Shown piece by piece: positions 1-9,386 of a DNA stretch of 64,000 nucleotides. The notes beneath the pieces were generated by a model. The model saw nothing but the letters and a program-made list of their open reading frames with translations, ran no database searches and had not been told where the DNA came from. A program made the translations under genes and the position numbers. Numbering within the stretch: the first letter of the stretch is position 1; each line of letters starts with the position of its first letter. The DNA is from an uncultured virus (IMG/VR IMGVR_UViG_3300023105_000021). Lineage: Duplodnaviria; Heunggongvirae; Uroviricota; Caudoviricetes. The stretch lies in the IMG/VR virus record IMGVR_UViG_3300023105_000021. One strand, given 5' to 3'.

Positions 1-1237
1 GTTCAGACACAAATAGTCCTGGTATATTCTCTTCCCCAAAATCGTTTATAACGATTAGTGCTGCTTCTCCGATACCGTTATTTTCTACACTCCAATATAC
101 TCCATTGGGATTATTAGTTTCATTTGCAACATATGTACAAATATCTGACAGTACACGTATTTGTCCTGGTATAGCAGTTGTATTGTGTTGCCATTCTGCA
201 ACCTGTTCGTATGTAGGAAGTTCTATGACTTGAATTGCTGCATAGTCGCCGCCTGTACCCATTGATGGATCAAGTGCTACACAATAAGTATACTGACTGG
301 TTGGCTTTTTATACCAACGTGTTTGTCCCATATTAATAATTGGAGACACACCTTCCATTACTGCTAATTTAATACTGTTAATAAGTGTTTCATCAAATAC
401 TAAGAATTCGCAGCCGTATTCACGTCTAAATTTTTCTTCACCAATACGTCCAATTTCTGCCACTTTCCATTCTTCGTCACGATCTGGATGTTCTTCCCAA
501 CTTGCTCTAAATGCATGAAATCCGTTTACGCCTACTTCTTGTTCGTTACCGTGTTCGTCAAACTTTTGTTCTGCTTGTTTCCAAATAGTAGCAAATGTAT
601 CTTCGTCTGAGTTTGGTGTGCTTGTTATAATAGCACGACCACCTGTTGCTAGTGTAGGTGATATTGAAGTCCAAAACTCTTCCGCAATGTTAGGTTGCAC
701 AAACGCAAACTCGTCACAGTATAGTAGCGAGATAGACATACCACGTCCTGTGTTGCCTGTTGTTGTTTGTGATACAATACGTGATCCGTTTTCGAACTCA
801 ATGCTACCTTTGTTATATGAAGTAACACCTGCTCTAATATGGTCTGGACACATCTCGTATACATATCTAATACGTTGCATAATTTCTTGTGCACCTGTGT
901 ATTTGTGTGCGGCAATAAGAATAGTTTGATCTGGATTAAACATAGCATACCAACAAAGATATATTGCGGCACAGGTAGTTTTACCTGTTTGCCTTGGCAT
1001 CATATTAATATTAAAACGATAACTGTGATACGAATGCATCAAACGTAACTGGTACTCGTATGGCTCAAACAACAATTTACCTTTTACAGGATGTTGAATA
1101 TAACCAAAATGTTTTGCAAAATACAGATATCCTTCATCGGGATCCATACACAATGCAAGATCTTGTATTTGTTGTTCAGTATATGTTTCTTTTGTATTAG
1201 CCTTTTTGGTTAATACACCGTCTAAACTTTTACTCAT
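1..1237 (-). CDS. gp17: Terminase large subunit (T4 gp17-like), 3' end beyond window
   Basis: Not in the ORF track because it runs off the edge. Manual translation from ATG 1237: MSKSLDGVLTKKANTKETY...HPVKGKLLFEPYEYQ...MMPRQTGKTT (Walker A), RGMSISLLYCDEFAFV (Walker B), IITSTPN, FRREYGCEF, VALDPSMGTGGDY (RNase H-like nuclease). Confidence 0.95.
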   Translation of the reverse strand, partial: MSKSLDGVLTKKANTKETYTEQQIQDLALCMDPDEGYLYFAKHFGYIQHPVKGKLLFEPYEYQLRLMHSYHSYRFNINMMPRQTGKTTCAAIYLCWYAMFNPDQTILIAAHKYTGAQEIMQRIRYVYEMCPDHIRAGVTSYNKGSIEFENGSRIVSQTTTGNTGRGMSISLLYCDEFAFVQPNIAEEFWTSISPTLATGGRAIITSTPNSDEDTFATIWKQAEQKFDEHGNEQEVGVNGFHAFRASWEEHPDRDEEWKVAEIGRIGEEKFRREYGCEFLVFDETLINSIKLAVMEGVSPIINMGQTRWYKKPTSQYTYCVALDPSMGTGGDYAAIQVIELPTYEQVAEWQHNTTAIPGQIRVLSDICTYVANETNNPNGVYWSVENNGIGEAALIVINDFGEENIPGLFVSE

Positions 1238-1250
1238 ATTGTATTTAACC

Positions 1251-1277
1251 AAAAAAATAGGCACTAAAGTGCCTATT
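1251..1277 (-). terminator. Rho-independent terminator
   Basis: Minus strand AATAGGCAC-TTTA-GTGCCTATT followed by a T run, just downstream of the 243-aa gene. Confidence 0.8.
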
Positions 1278-1297
1278 GATTCATCTGGGGGGATGTA

Positions 1298-2029
1298 TTA
1301 TTTTTTACGGCAAGATCCTGGCTCGCCTCTTTTCTTACCCGGAACTTTTTCATAACCGTCCCAGCACTTGTCGTATACTTTACTGTTGCCGTGTGCTTCG
1401 TCTACGTCTGAGTCAGTCTTTTTTTTTGACTTGGCTGCGTGTACTGCTTTACGCTGTGCATCGTTAGCATACTTGCCTTCGAGTGCTTTCATTAATTGTT
1501 CTTTAATTGATTCAACAGCCATTGCATTATCGCCATCTTGTGCTTTAGCATACATTTTCTTTTGTTTGTTAATACCGCCCGAAAGTGTTTTAGTCATATA
1601 ATGATGATCTTGGTACTCTGGTGCGCCTTCTGCATCTTCAGGTGCATTTTCAAAATCTTCTTCTTCTTCTTCGGCTTCTTCTACACCCATAATTGCTGCT
1701 TTCATTGCAGCCATATCAGGCTCGCCTGTGTTGTGCGAGTCTTTATCAATATGTGCATCGTGTGCCATTGGCATATCTACATGTTGTTCAATACCAGCTG
1801 CTTGTTGCATTAGTGAAATTAAATCTGCAACATTGTCTTTTCCTGAAGCAGTAACACTAACTGTAACTGGTTGTTCTTGTGTTGGCGCTGACATCTCTCC
1901 CATGCCGCATTCTTGTAATGATTCTAAAATTACTTTCATGTCATTCACATCTTTTGCAGCCGCTGAAGGTTTTTTTCCTTTTTCAGCTGCATCAAAGTTT
2001 TTTAGTATGTCTAGCATATTGTTGCTCAT
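1298..2029 (-). CDS. Hypothetical acidic phage protein, possibly head-associated
   Basis: 243-aa ORF in frame with the operon; acidic tracts and C-terminal KCWDGY...GSCRKK mini-motif. Confidence 0.6.
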   Translation of the reverse strand: MSNNMLDILKNFDAAEKGKKPSAAAKDVNDMKVILESLQECGMGEMSAPTQEQPVTVSVTASGKDNVADLISLMQQAAGIEQHVDMPMAHDAHIDKDSHNTGEPDMAAMKAAIMGVEEAEEEEEDFENAPEDAEGAPEYQDHHYMTKTLSGGINKQKKMYAKAQDGDNAMAVESIKEQLMKALEGKYANDAQRKAVHAAKSKKKTDSDVDEAHGNSKVYDKCWDGYEKVPGKKRGEPGSCRKK

Positions 2030-2031
2030 TT

Positions 2032-2589
2032 TTAACTCCCTACAGCACTAGTGCTGTTTTCTGTGTTTTCTATATCTTTGGAATCGCCTGTAGGTACGCC
2101 TTCAGTTGGATCGTAACCTCTTTCTTTACGAGCAACTTCTAATTCTTTTAGTAAATCCATTACTCTATTTGTAGCAACTGCTTCTTGTGCGCTTTCGCCG
2201 CCCATATCATCTTCACCAATAATTGGCTTATATTCTGTATCTTCTTTTTCTTGTTGTTCGAGCTCAACAGGTTCGCCTGGAACTCTTACATTCAAGTGTG
2301 TATGATCAATACAGCAACAGTCAACAAGATAACGTTCTAGTATATGTCCGACTGTTGGATAGCTTACTTCTGCTTCAAACGTATGCACTTCCATATTTTG
2401 TAATTGTGGAAAATCCATTGGTGTTTCTTGAATAGGTGTTCTCTTTGGACCGTTAAAGCTAACCAAGTCAAACTTTTCTAATGCAGTTTTCATTGTGCTT
2501 TCGCAGCCTTCAGGTAAATCACCTGCAACTCTAATAATAAAGTTATAAGTCTTTTTAGATTCTGTTAAAATTTCACTAAATTTACGCAT
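2032..2589 (-). CDS. Hypothetical phage protein
   Basis: 185-aa ORF, preceded by TAAATA motif and AGGA RBS; packed tightly against neighbours. Confidence 0.7.
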   Translation of the reverse strand: MRKFSEILTESKKTYNFIIRVAGDLPEGCESTMKTALEKFDLVSFNGPKRTPIQETPMDFPQLQNMEVHTFEAEVSYPTVGHILERYLVDCCCIDHTHLNVRVPGEPVELEQQEKEDTEYKPIIGEDDMGGESAQEAVATNRVMDLLKELEVARKERGYDPTEGVPTGDSKDIENTENSTSAVGS

Positions 2590-2609
2590 GTTGGTTTTCC
2601 TATTATATG

Positions 2610-3113
2610 TTATTTATCCTTATCTAGGCCTTTTAACCTTTCTAAGAGACTGTTTCTGTCAGTAACAACATAACCTTCACCGTTTATCATGCCTTCATCA
2701 CCCGGTGAAGAATCGTTATCTAATTTTTGTTTTTTAAGTTGCAATTCTATCATTTTTAATTTTTTATCCATTTTTGCAACTTTAGCATCTAGACTAGTTT
2801 TAAGCATTGTGCCTGCAACTTCCATAATTCTACCAGCATAACGACTTTCAACATTCATGCCTAAGTCCATCAAGTCATCATATGCAGTCATTGCTTTGTC
2901 TGCAACTTCGTTTAATTCTTTGTCTGCCATATCGCCCAAGCCTTTCACAGCTGGTAAAGCACTGGCAATTTTATCAAACTCGGCAATGTCACGGAACGTT
3001 TGTTCTTGTTGTTCTAATTCGTACTGTTTTTGATCTTTTTCTTTTTCTTCTGCTTTATCAATAATATTTTTATTTTCAGGCAAATTTAAAAGTTCTTCTA
3101 ATTTTTTAGTCAT
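2610..3113 (-). CDS. Probable terminase small subunit (gp16-like)
   Basis: 167 aa, helical; ESRYAGRIMEVAGTMLK resembles the gp16 S-x-x-P-R-x-x-E-V segment; lies upstream of gp17. Confidence 0.55.
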   Translation of the reverse strand: MTKKLEELLNLPENKNIIDKAEEKEKDQKQYELEQQEQTFRDIAEFDKIASALPAVKGLGDMADKELNEVADKAMTAYDDLMDLGMNVESRYAGRIMEVAGTMLKTSLDAKVAKMDKKLKMIELQLKKQKLDNDSSPGDEGMINGEGYVVTDRNSLLERLKGLDKDK

Positions 3114-3140
3114 TGTGTCACCATTATATGCTAGTATTAT

Positions 3141-3581
3141 TTATCGCCTGCGGCCTCCTTGGTGAAACATATCGCCTTCGTTTATAATTCTAAAAATTAT
3201 TCCCTTTTGTTTACACCATGCTCTTGCTGATTCCCATTTTGCTTGATTAATAACATAATGAGCTTGGTTAGCTCTACTACGACCTAGTTTTTCTCTTACG
3301 GTTTGGTTTGATGGCTTAACTTCTATTAATTCGACTCGTTGTTTACCATTTTTGTCTGCATATACAATAAAAAAGTCTGGAACATAAATTGTATGTTTTC
3401 CTGTTAATGGATTTCTATATGGTATGCGTATCGCTTCCGAAGCCCATTGACTAACACTTGGATGTGCATCACAAAACTTCATAAATGTAAATTCCCAACT
3501 ACTTCTATAAGTTGGTGTTTTATTACCTACATATTTTTCAGGGTTTTGTGGTGTAAATTTTCCTTGTGCAAACTTAGCCAT
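3141..3581 (-). CDS. gp4: Head completion nuclease (T4 gp4-like, TnsA-type PD-(D/E)xK fold)
   Basis: QGKFTPQNPEKYVG, YRSSWE, WASE, YVPDF, IEVKP, NQAKW motifs typical of gp4. Confidence 0.85.
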   Translation of the reverse strand: MAKFAQGKFTPQNPEKYVGNKTPTYRSSWEFTFMKFCDAHPSVSQWASEAIRIPYRNPLTGKHTIYVPDFFIVYADKNGKQRVELIEVKPSNQTVREKLGRSRANQAHYVINQAKWESARAWCKQKGIIFRIINEGDMFHQGGRRR

Positions 3582-5580
3582 TTCTTCTCAACTGCAATCC
3601 ATTCTTAAACACAAAACTACCTCTTACACTAAGTGTTTTTTCTAGAGGAGTTGTGATTGGTATATTAGCATTGTATATAACCCTAGCAGGGCCACCATTC
3701 AAGCTATTTAGATCCGACCATGCTGTGTCTTCTGGACCGGTTGGATCACTACCTATATAGAAATTAGTTGACGATTGTGTTTGTACTTCGGATTGTATCC
3801 AACTACGTAAGTCTTCGTAAGTCCAATTTCTATTATATTGAATTACAGTTGATAAAAATCCTGCTGCTACTGGACATGCTGCTGATGTTCCACCGAATCG
3901 AGTATCTCTACAATCCTGTGTTCCTAAGTCAGTATAATTATCGTCTAGTCTTGCTGTATCTACACCGTATGTACCTACTGTAGCTGCTAGTGTGCCATCT
4001 GCTGGAGCATAAAAATCTATAGCATTACCCATATCACTGTAATTGACTTTTTGTTCTTTACTCGATGGTATTAGATCATCTAATGCGCCGATGTTTATAC
4101 CTGGAAACTTAACTGTAGTGTTTCCTTGAAAGGTAAGACTTTCTGTCTTACCTATATGTTGAGGGAATCCTCGTCTGTTAGTAGTTCCAGTTACTGCAAA
4201 CCCAAAACTAAACCAAGCATTGTCGTATACTCCTTCATTGGTATTGTCTCCGATATGATTGTCGTAATTAGGATGGTCTGGGTTTACTTGTTGCTGATTA
4301 CTATTGCCTGCGGCACAAACATATATAACACCTTCGTCAACTAATTCTTTAGCTGCTTGTGTCATTGAATTATCATACATTTCAGACTTCCAACGTCCGC
4401 CGTCGCCGGCTGATCCTAAATATCTTATAAATTCTGGTTCGGTAGTATATGCAACTGCTGGATCATTTCTCCAAAAATAATAACTAGCCGATTTATCAAC
4501 TCTAAATCCCCAACTATTAGAACTTATTGTAGGATCTTTTGTTCCATATTTAGGATTAATAGGTTTATACTTGTGAAATATTTTTTGTATATCAAATCCT
4601 ACATCCCAGTCTACTCTGCCGCCGCCGATATGATTAAGATGCCACTTGTTAGCATTATATGCCCAACCTTGAGTTCTACCATATGTTAAACCTGCACATT
4701 GGGTTCCATGAGTTCCAGATGCAGTAGTAGGATATGAATTATTGTTACCGTTATTACCTGTACGAGTATATAGGTTTTCTATTTGTATTGATCCAAATTC
4801 TGCAAACTGCGGAGAACGTTGATTTGTTTGTTCCCACCATGCTCGTGCTGCTGTTTCGGTTGGAACAATAGTGCCGTCCCAACGAGTTTCTAATCTAGTT
4901 GGATCAGCATCAAACCATTCTGGATCAATATAGTACGGAGAATCAAATACAATATCGAGTAAATCACAGTAGCCATTTCCAGGCAATACATTTCCGCCTT
5001 TATAATTTACAGGATTAACAGCATTTGTAACTCCTCTGTTAATAAATTCTACATGACCAAACCAACATCCGTTATCGCAAACAATAACATCAACATCTTC
5101 TCCTGCACCGTGTGTAGGTATAGCACTATCTATAATAGTGCTATCGTTATTACCATTTTGTAACCACGGACTGACTTTTTCTGTTAGTCTTAATAACTGA
5201 CTGGTATTTCTATTTAATGCGTTAGTATTAAAATTTCCATTACCGTACCATATTTGAGCGTTTTCGTATGCTTGTTCATAACGTTGATATATTGTTGGAT
5301 TTTCAAAAAGTAAGTCGTCTTCTGGAACATTATACAAATCTTTGTTATGTTTAAAATCTAAATTAATAAATTGTATTCTTGAATCGTTTTTTAATAATTC
5401 TGCTTCTTCATCAGTTAATAAAAATATTCCTCTAGTTGGACTATGTTCTACATGATCTGTACACTCAACTTCTCTTACCGGAATAGCTTCTATTGAAGAT
5501 CCAGGATTACACAATTCATTGTGTACTTCATTAAATTGCTCTGCTGTATGTGTTCCTATAGCATAATAGTTTTCTGACAT
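3574..5580 (-). CDS. Subtilisin-like serine protease (peptidase S8)
   Basis: Catalytic motifs DVIVCDNG (D), HGTQCAG (H), AAGN (oxyanion N) and GGTSAACP (S); N-terminal propeptide-like segment. Confidence 0.85.
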   Translation of the reverse strand: MSENYYAIGTHTAEQFNEVHNELCNPGSSIEAIPVREVECTDHVEHSPTRGIFLLTDEEAELLKNDSRIQFINLDFKHNKDLYNVPEDDLLFENPTIYQRYEQAYENAQIWYGNGNFNTNALNRNTSQLLRLTEKVSPWLQNGNNDSTIIDSAIPTHGAGEDVDVIVCDNGCWFGHVEFINRGVTNAVNPVNYKGGNVLPGNGYCDLLDIVFDSPYYIDPEWFDADPTRLETRWDGTIVPTETAARAWWEQTNQRSPQFAEFGSIQIENLYTRTGNNGNNNSYPTTASGTHGTQCAGLTYGRTQGWAYNANKWHLNHIGGGRVDWDVGFDIQKIFHKYKPINPKYGTKDPTISSNSWGFRVDKSASYYFWRNDPAVAYTTEPEFIRYLGSAGDGGRWKSEMYDNSMTQAAKELVDEGVIYVCAAGNSNQQQVNPDHPNYDNHIGDNTNEGVYDNAWFSFGFAVTGTTNRRGFPQHIGKTESLTFQGNTTVKFPGINIGALDDLIPSSKEQKVNYSDMGNAIDFYAPADGTLAATVGTYGVDTARLDDNYTDLGTQDCRDTRFGGTSAACPVAAGFLSTVIQYNRNWTYEDLRSWIQSEVQTQSSTNFYIGSDPTGPEDTAWSDLNSLNGGPARVIYNANIPITTPLEKTLSVRGSFVFKNGLQLRRNG

Positions 5581-5589
5581 AATGTTTCC

Positions 5590-6936
5590 TTATACTATTG
5601 GGCTTGTATCTAATCTTAACCAAGTACCGTTTTGATAAACTTGGAACCTATTGTCATCTGTGTTATAGATCATATCTCCGTTTTCAGCAGTTAGTGCATC
5701 TCTTTGTGCGTTTGTAAAATTTGCAAGTTTAAATGGACTTTGTGTTACTTCAACTCTTGTACTAGCTGTTAGTAAAATGTTAGATTCTGAAAACAATTCA
5801 GGAGCACCTGTACCTGCTGTTGTTATTTCGCCATTCACTGTAAATTTGTTGTTAACAACTAAATCATTTTCAACAGTTAAATCGCTACTCATAATCATAG
5901 AAGGAGTAACTGTAATTGCACTAGAATCGTCTGTATCAATTACACTTGCAGCAAAACTAAAATTACCTACAGTATCGCCTACAATACCCGATAAGTCAAC
6001 AGTATTGCCGTTACTAATTGATAAATCAGTTCCTGCTAATGTAAGTGTTTGACTGTCTGTTTCTGAAGTAATAAATCCTTGACTTAACACAAATGATTGT
6101 GTTGCAAAAGATGACAAATCTCCCGGAGTTAGATATCCTTGTCCCGTTACAAATGATTGTGTTGCAAATCCTTGACCTAACACAAACGATTCTGTTGCAA
6201 AGTTTGGTTTGTTAATTAAGTCGTTATAATCGCCGCTAAAGCCTGCTAGTAAGTTGTCAGTGTCTTCTAATTCGTTAACGTCACCTGGAATAACAGGACG
6301 TCCTGTTAAACTAAAATAATCTCCATCAAACGCTTCTGCTGCTAATTGAAATACACTTAAATCAGGAGTATCTGTTAAATCGTTATAGCTTCCGCTAAAC
6401 AAAACAGGTAAATCAGACAAATCATTATAACTTCCTGCCGGCGGTACTGCAAATGAAAAATTCCCAAAGCCGTCTGTTTTTAAAAACTGTCCTGCTAATC
6501 CGTCGGATATTCCTAAATTTAATATACTAGTCGGAATTGTTGGACGATTTTCTAAATCATCAAATGATCCTGAAAACGCTGATGCAGACAATGGTGAATT
6601 ATAGTTAGAAGGAGTAACTTCAGAGGTATCTAGTAGTAGTTTGTGCCAGCCACCGGCATGAGCAAAATATAATGCACCTTCATCATGCACATGCATTATC
6701 ATACCCATGTAAGTAGATGGAGAAATACTATTTAAATCGCTACGTGTTTCTACGGTATTTCTATAATAAATTTTATTAGATCCAAAATCTATGTCATCTG
6801 ACAATAGTGTAGATCCATTACCTATTGTATTGTATATTTCATCAAAATTAAGGTTAATTTTATTTGATGCATTTCTTAAAGAATCTCCAGATCCATCGTT
6901 TGGATTAACCCCTCTATTAAGTATTTCTTTAGCCAT
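5590..6936 (-). CDS. Baseplate/tail-fibre structural protein
   Basis: N-terminus G..PNDGSGDSLR.A..KIN.NF.EIY (gp9/gp10-type attachment motif); repeated FSGSYNDL.D.P; C-terminal GDMIYNTDDNRFQVY. Confidence 0.75.
   Translation of the reverse strand: MAKEILNRGVNPNDGSGDSLRNASNKINLNFDEIYNTIGNGSTLLSDDIDFGSNKIYYRNTVETRSDLNSISPSTYMGMIMHVHDEGALYFAHAGGWHKLLLDTSEVTPSNYNSPLSASAFSGSFDDLENRPTIPTSILNLGISDGLAGQFLKTDGFGNFSFAVPPAGSYNDLSDLPVLFSGSYNDLTDTPDLSVFQLAAEAFDGDYFSLTGRPVIPGDVNELEDTDNLLAGFSGDYNDLINKPNFATESFVLGQGFATQSFVTGQGYLTPGDLSSFATQSFVLSQGFITSETDSQTLTLAGTDLSISNGNTVDLSGIVGDTVGNFSFAASVIDTDDSSAITVTPSMIMSSDLTVENDLVVNNKFTVNGEITTAGTGAPELFSESNILLTASTRVEVTQSPFKLANFTNAQRDALTAENGDMIYNTDDNRFQVYQNGTWLRLDTSPIV
6091..6200. 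repeat. Three short direct repeats encoding FAT(Q/E)SFV
   Basis: aaatgattgtgttgcaaa at about 6091 and 6151, with a variant at about 6184. Confidence 0.7.
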
Positions 6937-6940
6937 TGTG

Positions 6941-7411
6941 CTATTCTCCGTCTATAGTTACTAGCTCGCTATCCAACGTAGTTTCTGTACTACTAAGATC
7001 TTTATCACTTGTAATTTCATCAGTTGTAAAATTAATTGGATTGCCTTCGATTATATTTCTAGATTCAAATGTTGCTATTCTTCGTTCTTTTCGATAACCT
7101 ATAACACTAGTTCTTTTTCTATCATAATTTAAAATTTCAGCAACTACAGAACTTAACTGTGTTCCGCTATACTTTTTAAGCGTATCTAACAATTTAAAAA
7201 TTTTTATATTTTCATTTTTTGCTTGTTGTAATAAAACATTACTAACTGCTATTGCTGCTGATCTTTCAAAACCTTGTGTTTCAAAAAATGCAACAACAGT
7301 ATTTAGATCATTGTCTGCTAAGTTTAATACTCTAGAATAATAAGTGTCAAAATACAAATTAGTTCTAGCATCAGTTTTTTTAGATATGTTTATTGGTAAA
7401 CTACTACTCAT
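6941..7411 (-). CDS. Hypothetical virion-region protein
   Basis: 156-aa ORF overlapping the upstream stop (ATGA coupling). Confidence 0.65.
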   Translation of the reverse strand: MSSSLPINISKKTDARTNLYFDTYYSRVLNLADNDLNTVVAFFETQGFERSAAIAVSNVLLQQAKNENIKIFKLLDTLKKYSGTQLSSVVAEILNYDRKRTSVIGYRKERRIATFESRNIIEGNPINFTTDEITSDKDLSSTETTLDSELVTIDGE

Positions 7412-8646
7412 TGTCTTGTACCTTCTAAGACTTCTTTTCTGTATGCTTCTTTTTCTGTTTCAGGAAGTGCATTCCAAGCACTAATTAAATCATTTATTCC
7501 ATTACCACCAGTGCTTAAGAAAGTACCTTTAAATTGTTGTATTGCTAACGAATCTAATTTTGCAGGATTATTTTGTAATGATTGCGCTGTTACATTTACA
7601 TTTCTGGCTGCTGTACTATTTGTTGTAATTGTAGTCGGTGAAGAAGATACAATGTTTTGTGCGCCATCGGCACCTTGTGTTTTAGGTATAATTATATCAC
7701 TTATACCTCCAATGTCGTCTGTATTTGTTACTGTAGAAATGCTACTAAGCAAAGGATTGCTTACTGATGTCGGAAACGTATTAGTCCCTTCTGTTCTATT
7801 ACCAATATTAGTTTCAAATGAAGCAGGCGGTGTTCTAACTGATACATCATTTGGATCTAATTGTGTTGTTGTATTAATATTAGCTAGTGGACTTGGAAAA
7901 GAGTCGTAGTGTGCAAATCCAAATGCTATAGGATCGCCATCGGGTCCTACTTGAACAGTACCTCTACTATAATGCACTGCTTCGTATTGTACTGTAATAG
8001 TATTTTGCATCATGCCGCTGCCATCGGAATTATCAACAGAATCATGTTCCCAATTTGTAATAATCGGATTTACTAATGTGTAAGTTGTGTATTGAGTTCT
8101 TGCAATTTGAGATAACTGTATTCTTTTAAAAAACGGAACACTTAAATTATTATCTAATCCAAAACGAAATTGGTTTCTTTCTCTGCTCTTATAAGTGTTA
8201 TCTCCGTCGCCTGCTTTGTTAAATGCTCCAGGCTGACTAGCATGCCAGCCGTCTGCGTAATACCATCTATAATATGCTTCTAACAAAGCAGTAGTAACAC
8301 CGTGATTATCGTCATGAAATGTAAGTGTTATTGGCTGATATTGAATACTTGTTTGAATATGCTTAGTTCTATTATATTTCTTTTTAGTTTCAACATTTGC
8401 TGTAAATCTAGGCAAATCTGCTTGTTTAACTAGTAGTCCTATTTCAGTATTATATTTCTCTATTAATCCTGGATTAATATCTTTAACCCCAGGATCGATT
8501 CCAAACCAACAATGATAAAGAAACTTTGTTTTAGGAGCAAATTTAAAATTTTGATTTGTATATAATCTAGCCGCATGGTTGTAATCAAGCAATGTAATGC
8601 CGTCTTGTTTTCCTCCAAGGCTATCTCGAAAAGCGTTAGTACTCAT
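7408..8646 (-). CDS. Tail-tube-fold baseplate protein (gp48/gp54-like)
   Basis: VKQADLPRF, YQPITLTFHDDN and ITVQYE motifs of the tube fold; adjacent to gp19. Confidence 0.6.
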   Translation of the reverse strand: MSTNAFRDSLGGKQDGITLLDYNHAARLYTNQNFKFAPKTKFLYHCWFGIDPGVKDINPGLIEKYNTEIGLLVKQADLPRFTANVETKKKYNRTKHIQTSIQYQPITLTFHDDNHGVTTALLEAYYRWYYADGWHASQPGAFNKAGDGDNTYKSRERNQFRFGLDNNLSVPFFKRIQLSQIARTQYTTYTLVNPIITNWEHDSVDNSDGSGMMQNTITVQYEAVHYSRGTVQVGPDGDPIAFGFAHYDSFPSPLANINTTTQLDPNDVSVRTPPASFETNIGNRTEGTNTFPTSVSNPLLSSISTVTNTDDIGGISDIIIPKTQGADGAQNIVSSSPTTITTNSTAARNVNVTAQSLQNNPAKLDSLAIQQFKGTFLSTGGNGINDLISAWNALPETEKEAYRKEVLEGTRQ

Positions 8647-8684
8647 ACAAATATTTATCTAATATTATTATGTATGTAGATAAT

Positions 8685-8712
8685 AAAAAAGGAGCTCTAA
8701 GAGCCCCTTTTT
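8685..8712 (-). terminator. Rho-independent terminator after gp19 (possibly bidirectional)
   Basis: aaaaaaggagctc-taa-gagccccttttt, with A/T runs on both sides. Confidence 0.75.
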
Positions 8713-8727
8713 AAATAAAGATATTTT

Positions 8728-9354
8728 TTATGCGCCGCCGCCGGTAATTAAACTACCGCTGCCCCTCGGTACAGCAACACCAATACCACCATCAGCATCT
8801 GTTTGGATTGCGTTGTCGTATTGGACTTCTAATGTAACTGTAACTGGTTCATTATTTTGATATGCTAGTGTGTTGTAGTTAGCATTTGTAATAAAGCATC
8901 CGTATAGTTCAAATGTTTCAAGTACATTTGGTGTATAAACTCCGTTACCACCATCTAAGATTTCAATACGTGTTGTAAATTTATAATCTTGTCCTGAAAC
9001 CGGGCTTGACTGCTCCATAAAGTCGAATTGTTTCTGTAGCTGTTCGCCAACAAGTTTTTGTACAGCATTGTTCACGTCTTCACGTAAGTTTAGTGTAATC
9101 GGTGACCATGTGTGCTTACCTGCTAAGTATGCTTTTGAGTTATACGCATGTATTTCCATTGGCTCAAATGCAACTGTCGGACGAGTTACGTCAACAACTT
9201 GTTTTGTAAGTTCCGTTGTTGGTGTTGAAACTCCAAAGTTTTCCAGCGACACCCTAAAGCGGTACTGGAGCTTCGGCATCAACAGACCCTGGCTAGCGGC
9301 ACTGTCGCCGCTTGCTAGTGGAACTGTAATTTTTGATAATGATGAGATTGCCAT
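8728..9354 (-). CDS. gp19: Tail tube protein (gp19-like)
   Basis: YRFRV, AGKHTWSPITLNLRED, FELYGCF, VTLEVQYD; directly downstream of the sheath gene. Confidence 0.85.
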   Translation of the reverse strand: MAISSLSKITVPLASGDSAASQGLLMPKLQYRFRVSLENFGVSTPTTELTKQVVDVTRPTVAFEPMEIHAYNSKAYLAGKHTWSPITLNLREDVNNAVQKLVGEQLQKQFDFMEQSSPVSGQDYKFTTRIEILDGGNGVYTPNVLETFELYGCFITNANYNTLAYQNNEPVTVTLEVQYDNAIQTDADGGIGVAVPRGSGSLITGGGA

Positions 9355-9386
9355 TTAATTTGCTCCTAGTTCAATAGTATTTATCA

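Noticed and set aside
3141..3581. TnsA transposase / Tn7 element
   Set aside because: Same fold as phage gp4; no other tns genes or transposon ends, and the context is head assembly.
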